Assembly: GCA_043819555.1 (NCBI GenBank)
Contig: JBDREQ010000076.1
Coordinates: 32,001-96,000, forward strand
Length of the DNA: 64,000 nucleotides
Reading direction: 5' to 3'
DNA from: Candidatus Zixiibacteriota bacterium
Lineage (GTDB): Bacteria; Zixibacteria; MSB-5A5; GN15; JAAZOE01
The position numbers and the translations under genes were made by a program. The notes beneath the pieces were generated by a model. It was not told where the DNA came from, ran no database searches, and saw only the letters and a list, made by a program, of their open reading frames with translations. How positions within the stretch are numbered: the first letter of the stretch is position 1; the number at the start of each line of letters is the position of its first letter. This document shows positions 20,941 to 30,130 of the stretch, in pieces.

Positions 20941-21903
20941 TCAGCTGCCTTCGGTTTCCTCCGGAGGATTTTCTATTTCTTCGATTTGTTCTTTAACCCA
21001 GTTTGCGTCTCCGGAATCAGGGTGCTTTTCCAAAAATTCTTTGAATAAAAGCAAGGCCTTATCATTATCGCCCTTTTGCTTGAGGCAATACGGAATATAA
21101 ACCATGGCGTCCAAAATCAATTCTGAATCGGGGTATTCCTTCATAAAGGTCTCAAATGCGGCTATAGCCTCATCATATTTTTCCGCCCGCGATTTTGTCG
21201 TCGCGATAGAAAAAACGGCATCATCAACCAATTCAGACTCAGGATATGTGGTCTGCAATTTCTGAAAAGCCTCTTCGGCCCCGGCATACTGTTTGGCCCG
21301 TTTTTTCATCTGACCCAAATTATACAGGGCACTGTCGGAATAACCATCCTTGTTGGTGGGATCGCCCTGTAATATCTTGCGATAGAAAGTTTCAGCATCG
21401 GTATAGGCGCTGCGGCTGGTATATTTTTCAGCGATTTTGTTATACAATTGCATGGTCGGCGCTGTTTCAGCCTGTTGTAGATAATCTCCCAGGGTATTTT
21501 TGTTCATCAAATAATCATTGACGGTCTGGATGAAATCTTCGGGAGGAGCATAACCCCAAATCCGATCAATTTCGGTTCCATCAGCATTGGCAATTATCTC
21601 GCTTGGATAACCACTAATGCCATAATGTTGAGCCAGGGTAGTATCTTCCCAGCCGTTAACTTTAACGGCCACGAGCTTAGAACTTATCAATTCAATAACT
21701 TCATCGTTTCGATACGTCACGGTATCGAGGACATGGCACCATGGTCATTTGACTCGCCAAAAAGATATTAAGACTTTCTTTCCCTGTTCGTTGGCTGCCT
21801 TAAGCGCATTATCATAAGAATCGACGAATTTAACTTCATTGGCGGCGCTTATACCGGCAAACGCAAATAACACCAAAAGTACAGCCAATACGGCTTTCTT
21901 CAT
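20941..21903 (-). CDS. Putative exported selenoprotein: thioredoxin fold (UxxC) plus TPR repeats, 320 aa, Sec at codon 53
   Basis: ATG 21903 with GAGGA RBS; reads MKKAVLAVLLVLFAFAGISAANEVKFVDSYDNALKAANEQGKKVLISFWRVK-(TGA 21745-21747)-PWCHVLDTVTYR in frame into ORF 20941..21720; cis-Pro GYP motif; SECIS-like hairpin. Confidence 0.85.
21709..21728 (-). promoter_or_regulatory. Candidate bacterial SECIS element
   Basis: UCGAUAC-CGUGAC-GUAUCGA perfect 7-bp stem; loop starts 23 nt after the UGA, with G at the second loop position. Confidence 0.75.
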
Positions 21904-21920
21904 GTTGTCCTCACTTTTGT

Positions 21921-22310
21921 TTAGTTTATATCTATAAATCTTGCTTTATTCCAATCGTCACCAAGAATTACTTCGCCCTCGTGCATAGCATCTTCGATAA
22001 ATTCTTCCGGGACGAGAATAGTATAGCCTCCCCCAACCGAACGTGAGGAAGATATACCCATTTGACCGGTGGCTCCAAAATGTCCCGCCCCTGAAATCAT
22101 TACCACCGGTATGTCCTTTGCTTTTAATCCCTCAATCACCATATAGGCAAGTTGATCACTGAGTAATCTCACCAGAGGAGTCCAATTATCGTAATCCAGT
22201 TCATTTTCTTCATCTTTTACTGGCAAAGAATCAACCAATTTGGCTTCGCAATCGGGACATTCGCCGATTCCCCACTCATATTCATATTTACATTTGGGAC
22301 AAAACGGCAT
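21921..22310 (-). CDS. Zinc-ribbon plus DUF2007-like (putative signal transducing) protein
   Basis: MPFCPKCKYEY...ECPDC zinc ribbon; A..VIEGLKAKDIP...ILVPEE DUF2007-like fold; start ATG 22310. Confidence 0.8.
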   Translation of the reverse strand: MPFCPKCKYEYEWGIGECPDCEAKLVDSLPVKDEENELDYDNWTPLVRLLSDQLAYMVIEGLKAKDIPVVMISGAGHFGATGQMGISSSRSVGGGYTILVPEEFIEDAMHEGEVILGDDWNKARFIDIN

Positions 22311-22314
22311 AGAA

Positions 22315-22638
22315 CTACCCTTCATCCTCTTCAGATGTCTCTTGCTTGCTATCAAGGAATATCTTAACCAATTCCGATGCCTCGGCTTCATATTCGCCCG
22401 GTACCATAATCTTAAACATTTCTACTTTTCCCGAATATAAAGATCTTAATGGCAACCCAGCCGACCCAAATACTCCCGGCTTTGTATCTAATACTGCGGG
22501 GATATCATAGGACTTCAAACCATTCACAGCAAATTCAGCGGTCATACGATCGGGTGCTTCCGCTACTACAACCCAATTAGTTCTGATCTCAGAATTCTCA
22601 TAGAGTTCTTCGTTTATGTTATTATTTTCCGGTTCCAT
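22315..22638 (-). CDS. DUF2007-like protein
   Basis: WVVV...AEFAVNGLKSYDIPA...IMVPGEYEAEASEL pattern; probable start ATG 22638. Confidence 0.75.
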   Translation of the reverse strand: MEPENNNINEELYENSEIRTNWVVVAEAPDRMTAEFAVNGLKSYDIPAVLDTKPGVFGSAGLPLRSLYSGKVEMFKIMVPGEYEAEASELVKIFLDSKQETSEEDEG

Positions 22639-24004
22639 CTCGTATTGAAGCCTTTGCAGGTTTCTCCTCACTATTTATGTGTGACAACACCTCAACTAAT
22701 GCGTCGCAATCCCCAAAACTATTCATCTCTGTAACAGCCAAAAGCAAATGATTGTTCAAATCGGGATAAAAAATACTCAGATCAATCCCGGCTCCAAAAC
22801 CCTTAGCATTGGCGAGTTCAAGTATTTGCCCGGCGGGGGCATTGGTTTCTACTACAAATTCTTTGAAAAACGGCTTCTCATTCCAAACTCGATATCCTTT
22901 GATTTGAGAGATTTTATCGGCTAGATAATGGGCCCGCTCGGTTGATATTTGAGCAACTCGCCGGATACCGTGCCTGCCCATCAGCGACATATAAATCGTC
23001 GCCGCTGTTGCGCATAAGGCTTCGTTGGTGCAAATATTCGAAGTCGCTTTATCACGCCGAATATGCTGCTCTCGCGTTTGGAGCGTTAAAACAAATCCGG
23101 ATTTTCCATCAACATCAGTCGTTCGAGCCGCCAGTCTTCCGGGGATTTTTCGAACAAACTCCTTACGGCAGGCAAATAATCCAAGAAGCGGCCCACCGAA
23201 ATTTTGCGGAATGCCAAATGACTGCCCCTCGCCAACGGCAATGTCGGCATTGTATTCGGCCGGGGTCTTTAATATCCCAAGTGAAATTGGGTCGAAGACA
23301 TTGACGAACAGTCCCCCGGCATCATGAATTGCCTTTTCTCCCCGCTCTATATCCTCAAGATATCCAAAGAAATTCGGCTGACCCAAGATTAAGCAGGCAC
23401 ATTGGTCATCTATAAATTCGTTTAAGATATTGTAATCCGTCGAACCATTGGCATATGGGACAGTGACTATTTCCAAATCCATCCCCTGAATCGACGTTTT
23501 CAATACATCCCGATATATCGGATTGATCGTTTCAGAAATCACAATTTTATTTCGCCGCGTGTGGTTAACGGCCAAAAGAGCCGCTTCGGTCACAGCCGTT
23601 GCCCCATCATAAAGCGAGGCGTTGGCAACATCCAATCCGGTCAGGCGGCATATATGAGTCTGGAACTCATAAATAACCTGAAGCGTTCCCTGCGCGACTT
23701 CGGCCTGATACGGCGTATAGGCTGTCATAAATTCAGGACGCATTGCCAGCGACCAGACTACCGGTGGAATAAAATGATTATAAATTCCGGCCCCAATAAA
23801 ATTAGTTTTACAGGTGTTATTCCTGCCAGCCATCTCTTCCAGATGGCGAACAAGTTCCGGCTCGCTTAAAGCCGGCGGCAATTCGAGCGGTTTCTTCAAA
23901 CGCAATTTTTCAGGAACCGCGGCGAATAAATCAGCGGTTTTAGAAACCCCGATTGATTTAAGCATGGCCTTTATATCATCGGGGCTATTGGGTATGTATA
24001 CCAT
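22622..24004 (-). CDS. gcvPA: Glycine dehydrogenase (decarboxylating) subunit 1
   Basis: TAYTPYQAEVAQGTLQ, NASLYDGAT, TREQHIRRDKATSNICTN. Confidence 0.97.
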   Translation of the reverse strand: MVYIPNSPDDIKAMLKSIGVSKTADLFAAVPEKLRLKKPLELPPALSEPELVRHLEEMAGRNNTCKTNFIGAGIYNHFIPPVVWSLAMRPEFMTAYTPYQAEVAQGTLQVIYEFQTHICRLTGLDVANASLYDGATAVTEAALLAVNHTRRNKIVISETINPIYRDVLKTSIQGMDLEIVTVPYANGSTDYNILNEFIDDQCACLILGQPNFFGYLEDIERGEKAIHDAGGLFVNVFDPISLGILKTPAEYNADIAVGEGQSFGIPQNFGGPLLGLFACRKEFVRKIPGRLAARTTDVDGKSGFVLTLQTREQHIRRDKATSNICTNEALCATAATIYMSLMGRHGIRRVAQISTERAHYLADKISQIKGYRVWNEKPFFKEFVVETNAPAGQILELANAKGFGAGIDLSIFYPDLNNHLLLAVTEMNSFGDCDALVEVLSHINSEEKPAKASIRDGTGK

Positions 24005-24011
24005 AGGCAGT

Positions 24012-24392
24012 TTATTCCGTAATCAATTCTTTGTATTGGTGCGCGCTTAATAAGCTGTCAATTTCTTCAGGTTTTGACATTTTAACTTTAATCATCCAGC
24101 CCTGACCATACGGATCCTTGTTGATAATCCCAGCATCTTCTTCAATCATATCATTTACGGCTCCAACCGTACCGCTGACAGGCGAGAACATTTCCGAAAC
24201 CGCTTTTACAGCTTCAATAGTGCCAAAAGCTTCCATTTTTTTTACATCGCTTCCGATGTTCGGAAGCTCGACAAAAACTATATCTCCCAACTCCCCCTGG
24301 GCAAAATCTGTGATTCCGATTTCGGCCTCGTCATCTTTAATGCGGACCCACTCATGTTCTTTTGTATACTTTAATTCTTCAGGAATATTCAC
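24012..24392 (-). CDS. gcvH: Glycine cleavage system H protein
   Basis: LKYTKEHEW, GITDFAQGELGDIVFVELP, EAVKA lipoyl-Lys; GTG start 24392 with GGAGG RBS. Confidence 0.97.
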   Translation of the reverse strand: MNIPEELKYTKEHEWVRIKDDEAEIGITDFAQGELGDIVFVELPNIGSDVKKMEAFGTIEAVKAVSEMFSPVSGTVGAVNDMIEEDAGIINKDPYGQGWMIKVKMSKPEEIDSLLSAHQYKELITE

Positions 24393-24412
24393 ATAACCTC
24401 CCAATAATATCA

Positions 24413-25798
24413 TCAAGACGTCTGCTTGGTTTTATCCTTTTTCTTCAATCCGGCTTCCTTACTCAAATGCTTCTCGATAAACGAAGTGTCAAAATGTCCT
24501 GATACAAAATCAGGTTGCGTCAAAATTAATTTATGGAAATCAATTGTGGTTGCCACGCCTTCCACAATAAATTCATCCAATGCCGTCAACGTTTTTACAA
24601 TCGCATGCTGCCGGTCATTACCCTTAACAATCAGCTTGCCAATCATTGAATCGTAAAACGGGGGAATAATATATTGACCGTACGCATGAGTATCTACTCG
24701 TACGCCATGTCCCCCCGGCTGATGAAATGTAGTAATTTTTCCCGGAGATGGTCTGAAACCATTTTGAGGATCCTCGGCATTTATCCTGCATTCAATTACA
24801 TGACCCCGAAAGTTGACATCTTCCTGGCGCAATTCCAGCCTCTCTCCCGAAGCGATTTTTATCTGTTCGGCGACGATATCAATTCCGGTCAACTCCTCGG
24901 TCACTGGATGTTCCACCTGGATCCGAGTATTCATTTCCATGAAATAAAATTGGCCATTATTATCGACCAAAAACTCAATCGTTCCGGCGCCTCGATATCC
25001 GACCGAGGCGGCTCCTTTAATCGCGGCCTCACCCATTCGGCGGCGCAAGTCGGCATCGACAATTGGTGAAGGTGATTCTTCCAGTAATTTTTGATGGCGC
25101 CGCTGAACGGAGCAATCACGCTCCCCCAAATGAACGATATTGCCATAATTATCGCCGAGAATCTGCATTTCAACATGATGCGGTTCAAATACGACTCTCT
25201 CTATATATAATGCCCCGTCATTAAAGGCCGCCTCGGCTTCGGCTCGCGCCATATTAAATGCCGTTTCCAGTTCTTCCGGTGCCCTGGCGATTCTCATTCC
25301 CCGACCGCCGCCGCCGGCGGATGCTTTAATTAAAACCGGGTAACCGACCTGTTCGGCAATACGAGCCGCTTCGTCTATACTATGTATCAAGCCATCGGAA
25401 CCGGGAATCGTCGGAACTCCAGCCTTCTGCATCAATTCTTTGGCCTTGGCCTTGGCGCCCATTTGACGAATCATCTGGCCGCTTGGCCCGATAAAGGTGA
25501 TATTGCATTCTTCACAAATTTCAGCGAATTCGGCATTTTCTGCCAAAAAACCATATCCCGGATGGATAGCTTCCGCATTTGTTACTTCGGCCGCGGCAAT
25601 GATTCGTTTGGGATCCAGATAAGATTCAAGGGCCTGCGGTGGGCCAATGCATACATCTTCGTCAGCAAAGCGCACATGCAGTGAATCGGCATCAGCTTCG
25701 GAATACACCGCCACCGTCTTGATTCCAAGGTGTTGACAGGCGCGTATTATCCTGAGCGCGATTTCGCCCCTGTTAGCTACTAATATTTTTTTAAACAA
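24413..25798 (-). CDS. accC: Acetyl-CoA carboxylase biotin carboxylase
   Basis: [43 protein letters not shown]. Confidence 0.97.
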   Translation of the reverse strand: MFKKILVANRGEIALRIIRACQHLGIKTVAVYSEADADSLHVRFADEDVCIGPPQALESYLDPKRIIAAAEVTNAEAIHPGYGFLAENAEFAEICEECNITFIGPSGQMIRQMGAKAKAKELMQKAGVPTIPGSDGLIHSIDEAARIAEQVGYPVLIKASAGGGGRGMRIARAPEELETAFNMARAEAEAAFNDGALYIERVVFEPHHVEMQILGDNYGNIVHLGERDCSVQRRHQKLLEESPSPIVDADLRRRMGEAAIKGAASVGYRGAGTIEFLVDNNGQFYFMEMNTRIQVEHPVTEELTGIDIVAEQIKIASGERLELRQEDVNFRGHVIECRINAEDPQNGFRPSPGKITTFHQPGGHGVRVDTHAYGQYIIPPFYDSMIGKLIVKGNDRQHAIVKTLTALDEFIVEGVATTIDFHKLILTQPDFVSGHFDTSFIEKHLSKEAGLKKKDKTKQTS

Positions 25799-25874
25799 CT
25801 ATCTACCTTCCCTTCAAGTTCAATATAATAACCAATCCCCGTTCGTATTTCAACTAAACAAAATAACTTTGAAC

Positions 25875-25902
25875 AAAAAAAAGCCGCCCAAAAGAGGCGG
25901 CT
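25875..25902 (-). terminator. Intrinsic terminator after the pilT-like gene
   Basis: AGCCGCC...GGCGGCT stem with U8 tract on minus strand. Confidence 0.8.
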
Positions 25903-25925
25903 CAAAAGGCGCTGTCAATTGATTA

Positions 25926-27059
25926 TTATTTCAAAAATCCTTCTCTACTTACTTCAGAACCCGAACTCGTCTCGCCCCATCTATCAGACGCGCCGACTAC
26001 TCCCTTTATTCTCATATCAAAATCATCGGGATTGCTTGCGGCGCTCATAGCATCCTCATAACTTATTAAGCCCTGCTTATAGAGATTCATAATCGACTGA
26101 TCAAAAGTCTGCATTCCGTACTGACTCTTGCCCGACTCAATCAAATCCGGTATATTTCCGAATTTTTCCGGATCCATCAGACAATCGCGAACCGCGGCCG
26201 TATTTACAAGAATTTCCAGGGCCGGTACGCGACCCGGTATATCATGGCGGGATAACAATCGCTGACATACGATTGATTTAAGTGTTCCTGACAGCAATAA
26301 CCTAATTTGTTGATGCTGATGGGGCGGGAAAAAGGAGATAATTCTCGAGATCGTTTCCATAGTATTGAGTGTATGCAAGGTCGTAAGAACCAGATGACCG
26401 GTATCGGCCGCCGTCAGAGCGATTGACATCGTCTCCAGGTCTCGAATCTCGCCAATCAGGATTGTATCGGGATCCTGTCGAAAGGCGTGCCTTAAAGCCG
26501 TCGCAAATGATTCGGTATCCCCTCCTACTTCTCGCTGAGCGATAATTGACTTTTTATCCCTGAAAATATATTCTATAGGGTCTTCAATAGTCATAATGTT
26601 GCTGTGGCGATTGGCGTTCATCTCCTCGATAATCGCCGCCAGGGTGGTTGATTTGCCGGAACCTGTTGTCCCGGTAATTATTATCAATCCCCGGTTTTCA
26701 TAAGCCATTTTTCTAATTGAGTCGGGCAGATATAATTCCTCGAAACTCGGTATATGAGTATTTACCGAGCGAATAGCCATGCCCGCGGTACCGCGCTGGC
26801 GGAAAAGATTTATGCGGAATCGGCCAAGCTTGGCCACCGAAAGTGCCAGGTCAAGTTCATTCCGTTTATAAAATTTCTTTTGTTGCTCTTCGGATAAGAT
26901 TTGGGAAATCACCTGTTGCATATTTTCGACCGTCATTGGATCGGTCTCAATTTGCTCTAAATTTCCATTGGTTCTTAAGTAGGGGCGAATTCCGACTCGA
27001 AGGTGAAGGTCAGACGATTTTTTCTTTTGCATTTCGGTCAACATCTTTTTCAGGTTCAT
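25926..27059 (-). CDS. PilT/PilU family type IV pilus ATPase
   Basis: SDLHL, GTTGSGKST, IEDPIEY, RQDPDTILIGEIRD, TGHLVLTTLH, GMQTFDQ. Confidence 0.95.
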   Translation of the reverse strand: MNLKKMLTEMQKKKSSDLHLRVGIRPYLRTNGNLEQIETDPMTVENMQQVISQILSEEQQKKFYKRNELDLALSVAKLGRFRINLFRQRGTAGMAIRSVNTHIPSFEELYLPDSIRKMAYENRGLIIITGTTGSGKSTTLAAIIEEMNANRHSNIMTIEDPIEYIFRDKKSIIAQREVGGDTESFATALRHAFRQDPDTILIGEIRDLETMSIALTAADTGHLVLTTLHTLNTMETISRIISFFPPHQHQQIRLLLSGTLKSIVCQRLLSRHDIPGRVPALEILVNTAAVRDCLMDPEKFGNIPDLIESGKSQYGMQTFDQSIMNLYKQGLISYEDAMSAASNPDDFDMRIKGVVGASDRWGETSSGSEVSREGFLK

Positions 27060-27086
27060 CTAACCCTCCTAATATGTCGGTTTGGC

Positions 27087-27569
27087 CTACCCCGATGGAT
27101 CGACCAGAAATAAAGTTTGACCAAACTCAACCGGTTTGGCATTTTCAACACAGATTTTGACGATCCGGCCGGAAATCTCAGATTCGATTTCGTTCATCAA
27201 CTTCATCGCCTCGACGATACAAACGACATGGCCCTTTTCAATCTTTTGATTCTGCTCCACATACGGCTTTGCATCCGGAGCGGGGGCCGCATAAAAGGTA
27301 CCGACCATAGGCGATTTTATCGCTATATATTTATCCTCATTTGTCACAGGGGCGGCGGCCATCGGAGCCGTTTCATGCGCGGGCGCCGGACTGGAAACCG
27401 CCTGCTGAGGGGCCGCAATCGTCACTACCTGAGTATCTCCATTTGAAATCGAGGAACCATTAAGTTTCCTTGTTATCCGGACTTTTCGCCACCAACTGGA
27501 GACCTCAAGGACGTCTATATTTGATTCTTCGACCAATTGAATTAGTTTCTTTATTGTCTTTTCTTTCAT
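27087..27569 (-). CDS. accB: Acetyl-CoA carboxylase biotin carboxyl carrier protein
   Basis: SPMVGTFY, EAMKLMNEI biotinylation motif, Ala/Pro linker. Confidence 0.97.
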   Translation of the reverse strand: MKEKTIKKLIQLVEESNIDVLEVSSWWRKVRITRKLNGSSISNGDTQVVTIAAPQQAVSSPAPAHETAPMAAAPVTNEDKYIAIKSPMVGTFYAAPAPDAKPYVEQNQKIEKGHVVCIVEAMKLMNEIESEISGRIVKICVENAKPVEFGQTLFLVDPSG

Positions 27570-27611
27570 TTTCTACCTCAAATTTTTGTATCTGGTTAAG
27601 GTAGCAGAAAA

Positions 27612-28709
27612 TTATACAATTTCCAATAAATTTTTTGGAGCTTTTGTAAGGATTGCGCAACCACCTTGGCGAATTACGACATCATCCTCAATCCGGACGC
27701 CTCCCCAACCCGGAAAATACAAACCCGGTTCTATTGTAACGACCATATTTGATTTTAAAATATCTTTGCTCATCATAGATAACCGAGGACCGCTGTGTAC
27801 TTCAATTCCTATGCCGTGACCGGTACCGTGGCCAAAATACTTGGCCAGTTTTTTCTTTTTGAAGTAATCCCGGCAGGCCGCGTCAACCGCCTTACCGCTT
27901 ATACCAGCTCTGGCCTTTTTTATGCCAGCCAGTTGAGACTTCAGAACGGCATCATAAATTCTTTTCTGCCTTGAGGTTGCCCTCCCTAAAACAACCGTCC
28001 GTGTACAATCAGAGACATATCCATTATAAGTTGCCCCAAAATCTATTGTCACAAAATCACCCTTCTCCAATAACTTGCCCGACATTCCCGCATGAGGCAT
28101 CGATGACCTGTAACCGGAAGCAACTGTGCTGGAAAACGCTTCTTTCTCCGCACCCAAAACCTTCATCTGATATTCCAGCTCCGCACCAACCTCTTTTTCT
28201 GAAATTCCCGGCCGTAAAAATCCTAAAATTCTTTCAAATGCCTTATCAGAAATCTGGGCTGCTTTTCTCAAATTTGCAATTTCTGTTTTATCCTTAATAA
28301 TCCACATTTCTTCAAGCATATTCGGATATTCAATAAATATCGCACTGGACATAGCCTTTGCCAATTGATTTTTTAAATCAATAGTCAGCCTATGCGATTC
28401 AATGGCGACCTTTAGATTTTTCTTCTGCGTTTCGTTAATATCAGTCAATGACGGAATAAGAGCTTTTTTCGAAATGATTACCTTGGCTCCAGATACTTCA
28501 TCATGAGACTGTTCGGCGTACCGAAAGTCCGATATAAAATAAGCTGATTTTAGTGTTACAAATACGAGCCCGGTACTGCCCGAAAAACCGGATAGCCATC
28601 GCACCCCCGGGACCTCGGTTGTATCCGAACAATCATTAATAATAACTACGGCCGCGTCTAAATTATCCGCGGCCAATCTTTTCCTGAGCTTGCCAAGGCG
28701 AGATTTCAT
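27612..28709 (-). CDS. Xaa-Pro aminopeptidase (M24B)
   Basis: DFRY, IDFG, SDCTRT, HGTGHGIGIEVH, TIEPGLY, GVRIEDD. Confidence 0.93.
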   Translation of the reverse strand: MKSRLGKLRKRLAADNLDAAVVIINDCSDTTEVPGVRWLSGFSGSTGLVFVTLKSAYFISDFRYAEQSHDEVSGAKVIISKKALIPSLTDINETQKKNLKVAIESHRLTIDLKNQLAKAMSSAIFIEYPNMLEEMWIIKDKTEIANLRKAAQISDKAFERILGFLRPGISEKEVGAELEYQMKVLGAEKEAFSSTVASGYRSSMPHAGMSGKLLEKGDFVTIDFGATYNGYVSDCTRTVVLGRATSRQKRIYDAVLKSQLAGIKKARAGISGKAVDAACRDYFKKKKLAKYFGHGTGHGIGIEVHSGPRLSMMSKDILKSNMVVTIEPGLYFPGWGGVRIEDDVVIRQGGCAILTKAPKNLLEIV

Positions 28710-29322
28710 CGAAATTTCCTTTATCAGTCAATTTTTTTTCTACGGATGAAAGTTTACTTAAAATGCGAGAATTATCTTCATCAATTATTAATCTCCGATA
28801 TACTTCCCGGGCCAGTTTATAATACCCCTGCTCTCTATAAATATCGCCTATCGTCTCAGTTACAAAAGCCGGTTCCAAAACTTTGTCATCTCCCAATGGA
28901 ATTCGCTCACTTTTCCGTTTAATCTTGAGCCTATGCGTCTGAGCTTTTTCTACTTTATTAATTCCGCAATATAATCCCCGACAATTGGGAGCCAACTCAA
29001 AAACCTTGCGATAATAGCTCATCGCAATCGCCTCATGCCCCTCTTCCAAAGAAATATCACCGAGAAATTTCAGGGCCGTCAAGTTATTTGAATCAAAGGT
29101 TAAGGTCTTAAGAAATTCACTTTGTGATCGCTCATAATCACCGGCAAAAAACAATGAACGCGCCATTATTAAATGCGCCGACAATGAGCCTGGATCGTTT
29201 TCGATATGGCGAAGACATATGTCAACGGCCCGCGAGTATTCTCCCGCTTCAAAATGTTTTTGAGCAACCGCGGGCAAATACCCCTGGCTTGCTAATGGTT
29301 GATTATCTTCTTTTATGTTCAT
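28663..29322 (-). CDS. Tetratricopeptide repeat protein
   Basis: Three N-terminal TPRs plus C-terminal TETIGDIYREQG motif. Confidence 0.85.
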   Translation of the reverse strand: MNIKEDNQPLASQGYLPAVAQKHFEAGEYSRAVDICLRHIENDPGSLSAHLIMARSLFFAGDYERSQSEFLKTLTFDSNNLTALKFLGDISLEEGHEAIAMSYYRKVFELAPNCRGLYCGINKVEKAQTHRLKIKRKSERIPLGDDKVLEPAFVTETIGDIYREQGYYKLAREVYRRLIIDEDNSRILSKLSSVEKKLTDKGNFDEISPWQAQEKIGRG

Positions 29323-29485
29323 AAGCGTTTGAGTAAATCAGCTTTTAATGATACGATGTGGCCAATTTATAGTCAAGCCAAAACCCTTTGAAATTCGTAA
29401 TCATTTAAGGACAAGAGTATAAAATATCCGTATCATGTTAATGTGAGGACTTTATCATAACCCAAAATTCAGTGGAGGGATTTTT

Positions 29486-29731
29486 ATGAGTGATCCCAAA
29501 ATTGCCGATAGATTGTCCGTTATCCTCGAATTGGAGCCGGGACGATACTGGTGGTGCGCCTGCGGACGTTCAAAAAATCAGCCGTTTTGCGACGGGTCTC
29601 ATCAGGGTACCGATTTTACGCCCCACGAGTTCGTCGTCACGCAAACAAAAAATATGGCACTTTGCCGGTGCAAACAGACAAAGAATAAACCTCTGTGCGA
29701 TGGTTCACACAAAATTTTGCCGCCAGAATAG
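29486..29731 (+). CDS. Double CDGSH iron-sulfur domain protein (MiNT/NEET-like)
   Basis: WCACGRSKNQPFCDGSH and LCRCKQTKNKPLCDGSH; GGAGG RBS. Confidence 0.95.
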   Translation: MSDPKIADRLSVILELEPGRYWWCACGRSKNQPFCDGSHQGTDFTPHEFVVTQTKNMALCRCKQTKNKPLCDGSHKILPPE

Positions 29732-29803
29732 TAATATATAACGAGCGATATGCATGATAAAACGAAAAGCGATGCCAATGATTTATTAAAACAAGATTTC
29801 AAA

Positions 29804-29889
29804 TGCCGGAGGCCGGACTTGAACCGGCACGAGCCTAACGGCTCAAGGGATTTTAAGTCCCTGGCGTCTACCAATTCCGCCACTCCGGC
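29804..29889 (-). tRNA. tRNA-Leu(TAA)
   Basis: GCCGGAG/CTCCGGC acceptor stem, AGGGA-CTTAAAA-TCCCT anticodon arm, long variable arm, GTTCAAG T-loop; no encoded CCA. Confidence 0.96.
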
Positions 29890-29901
29890 ATTGGTGACGA
29901 G

Positions 29902-29930
29902 AGTATAATCACTTCAAAGAAATAGCGCAA
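29902..29930 (-). promoter_or_regulatory. Sigma70-type promoter for tRNA-Leu
   Basis: TTGCGC-N17-TATACT ending 12 nt before the tRNA. Confidence 0.6.
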
Positions 29931-30026
29931 TACGATTTTTGGAAATGTTAATTCAGATTACTATGGCTAAATCAATCATACTGGAGACGCTCTTCGTCAT
30001 GGTCACCGCCCGCAAATAAATAAGTA

Positions 30027-30055
30027 TTGACTATCTAATATTCATACTTTATATT
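30027..30055 (+). promoter_or_regulatory. Sigma70-type promoter for the lectin gene
   Basis: TTGACT-N17-TATATT. Confidence 0.55.
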
Positions 30056-30130
30056 CCCACTGCGCTCACACAGCATTATTCTAATATAAAAATCGAGCGG
30101 GAAAACATAATTACAAGGTTTGGAGGGGTT

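Noticed and set aside
21745..21747. Genome-wide UGA reassignment (Trp/Gly) or a pseudogene as the explanation for the in-frame TGA
   Set aside because: TGA is a normal stop for many conserved genes here (mreC, pyrR, gcvPB, yqeY). Both halves are intact and in frame, and the TGA sits at the catalytic position with a SECIS-like hairpin. A nonsense mutation is not fully excluded without selABCD data.
25799..25925. Glycine riboswitch ahead of accC-gcv
   Set aside because: The space is short and filled by a terminator and RBS; no GGAGA...CCGAAG aptamer core seen
29602..29883. 93-aa minus-strand ORF
   Set aside because: Translation through tRNA-Leu and antisense to the CDGSH gene
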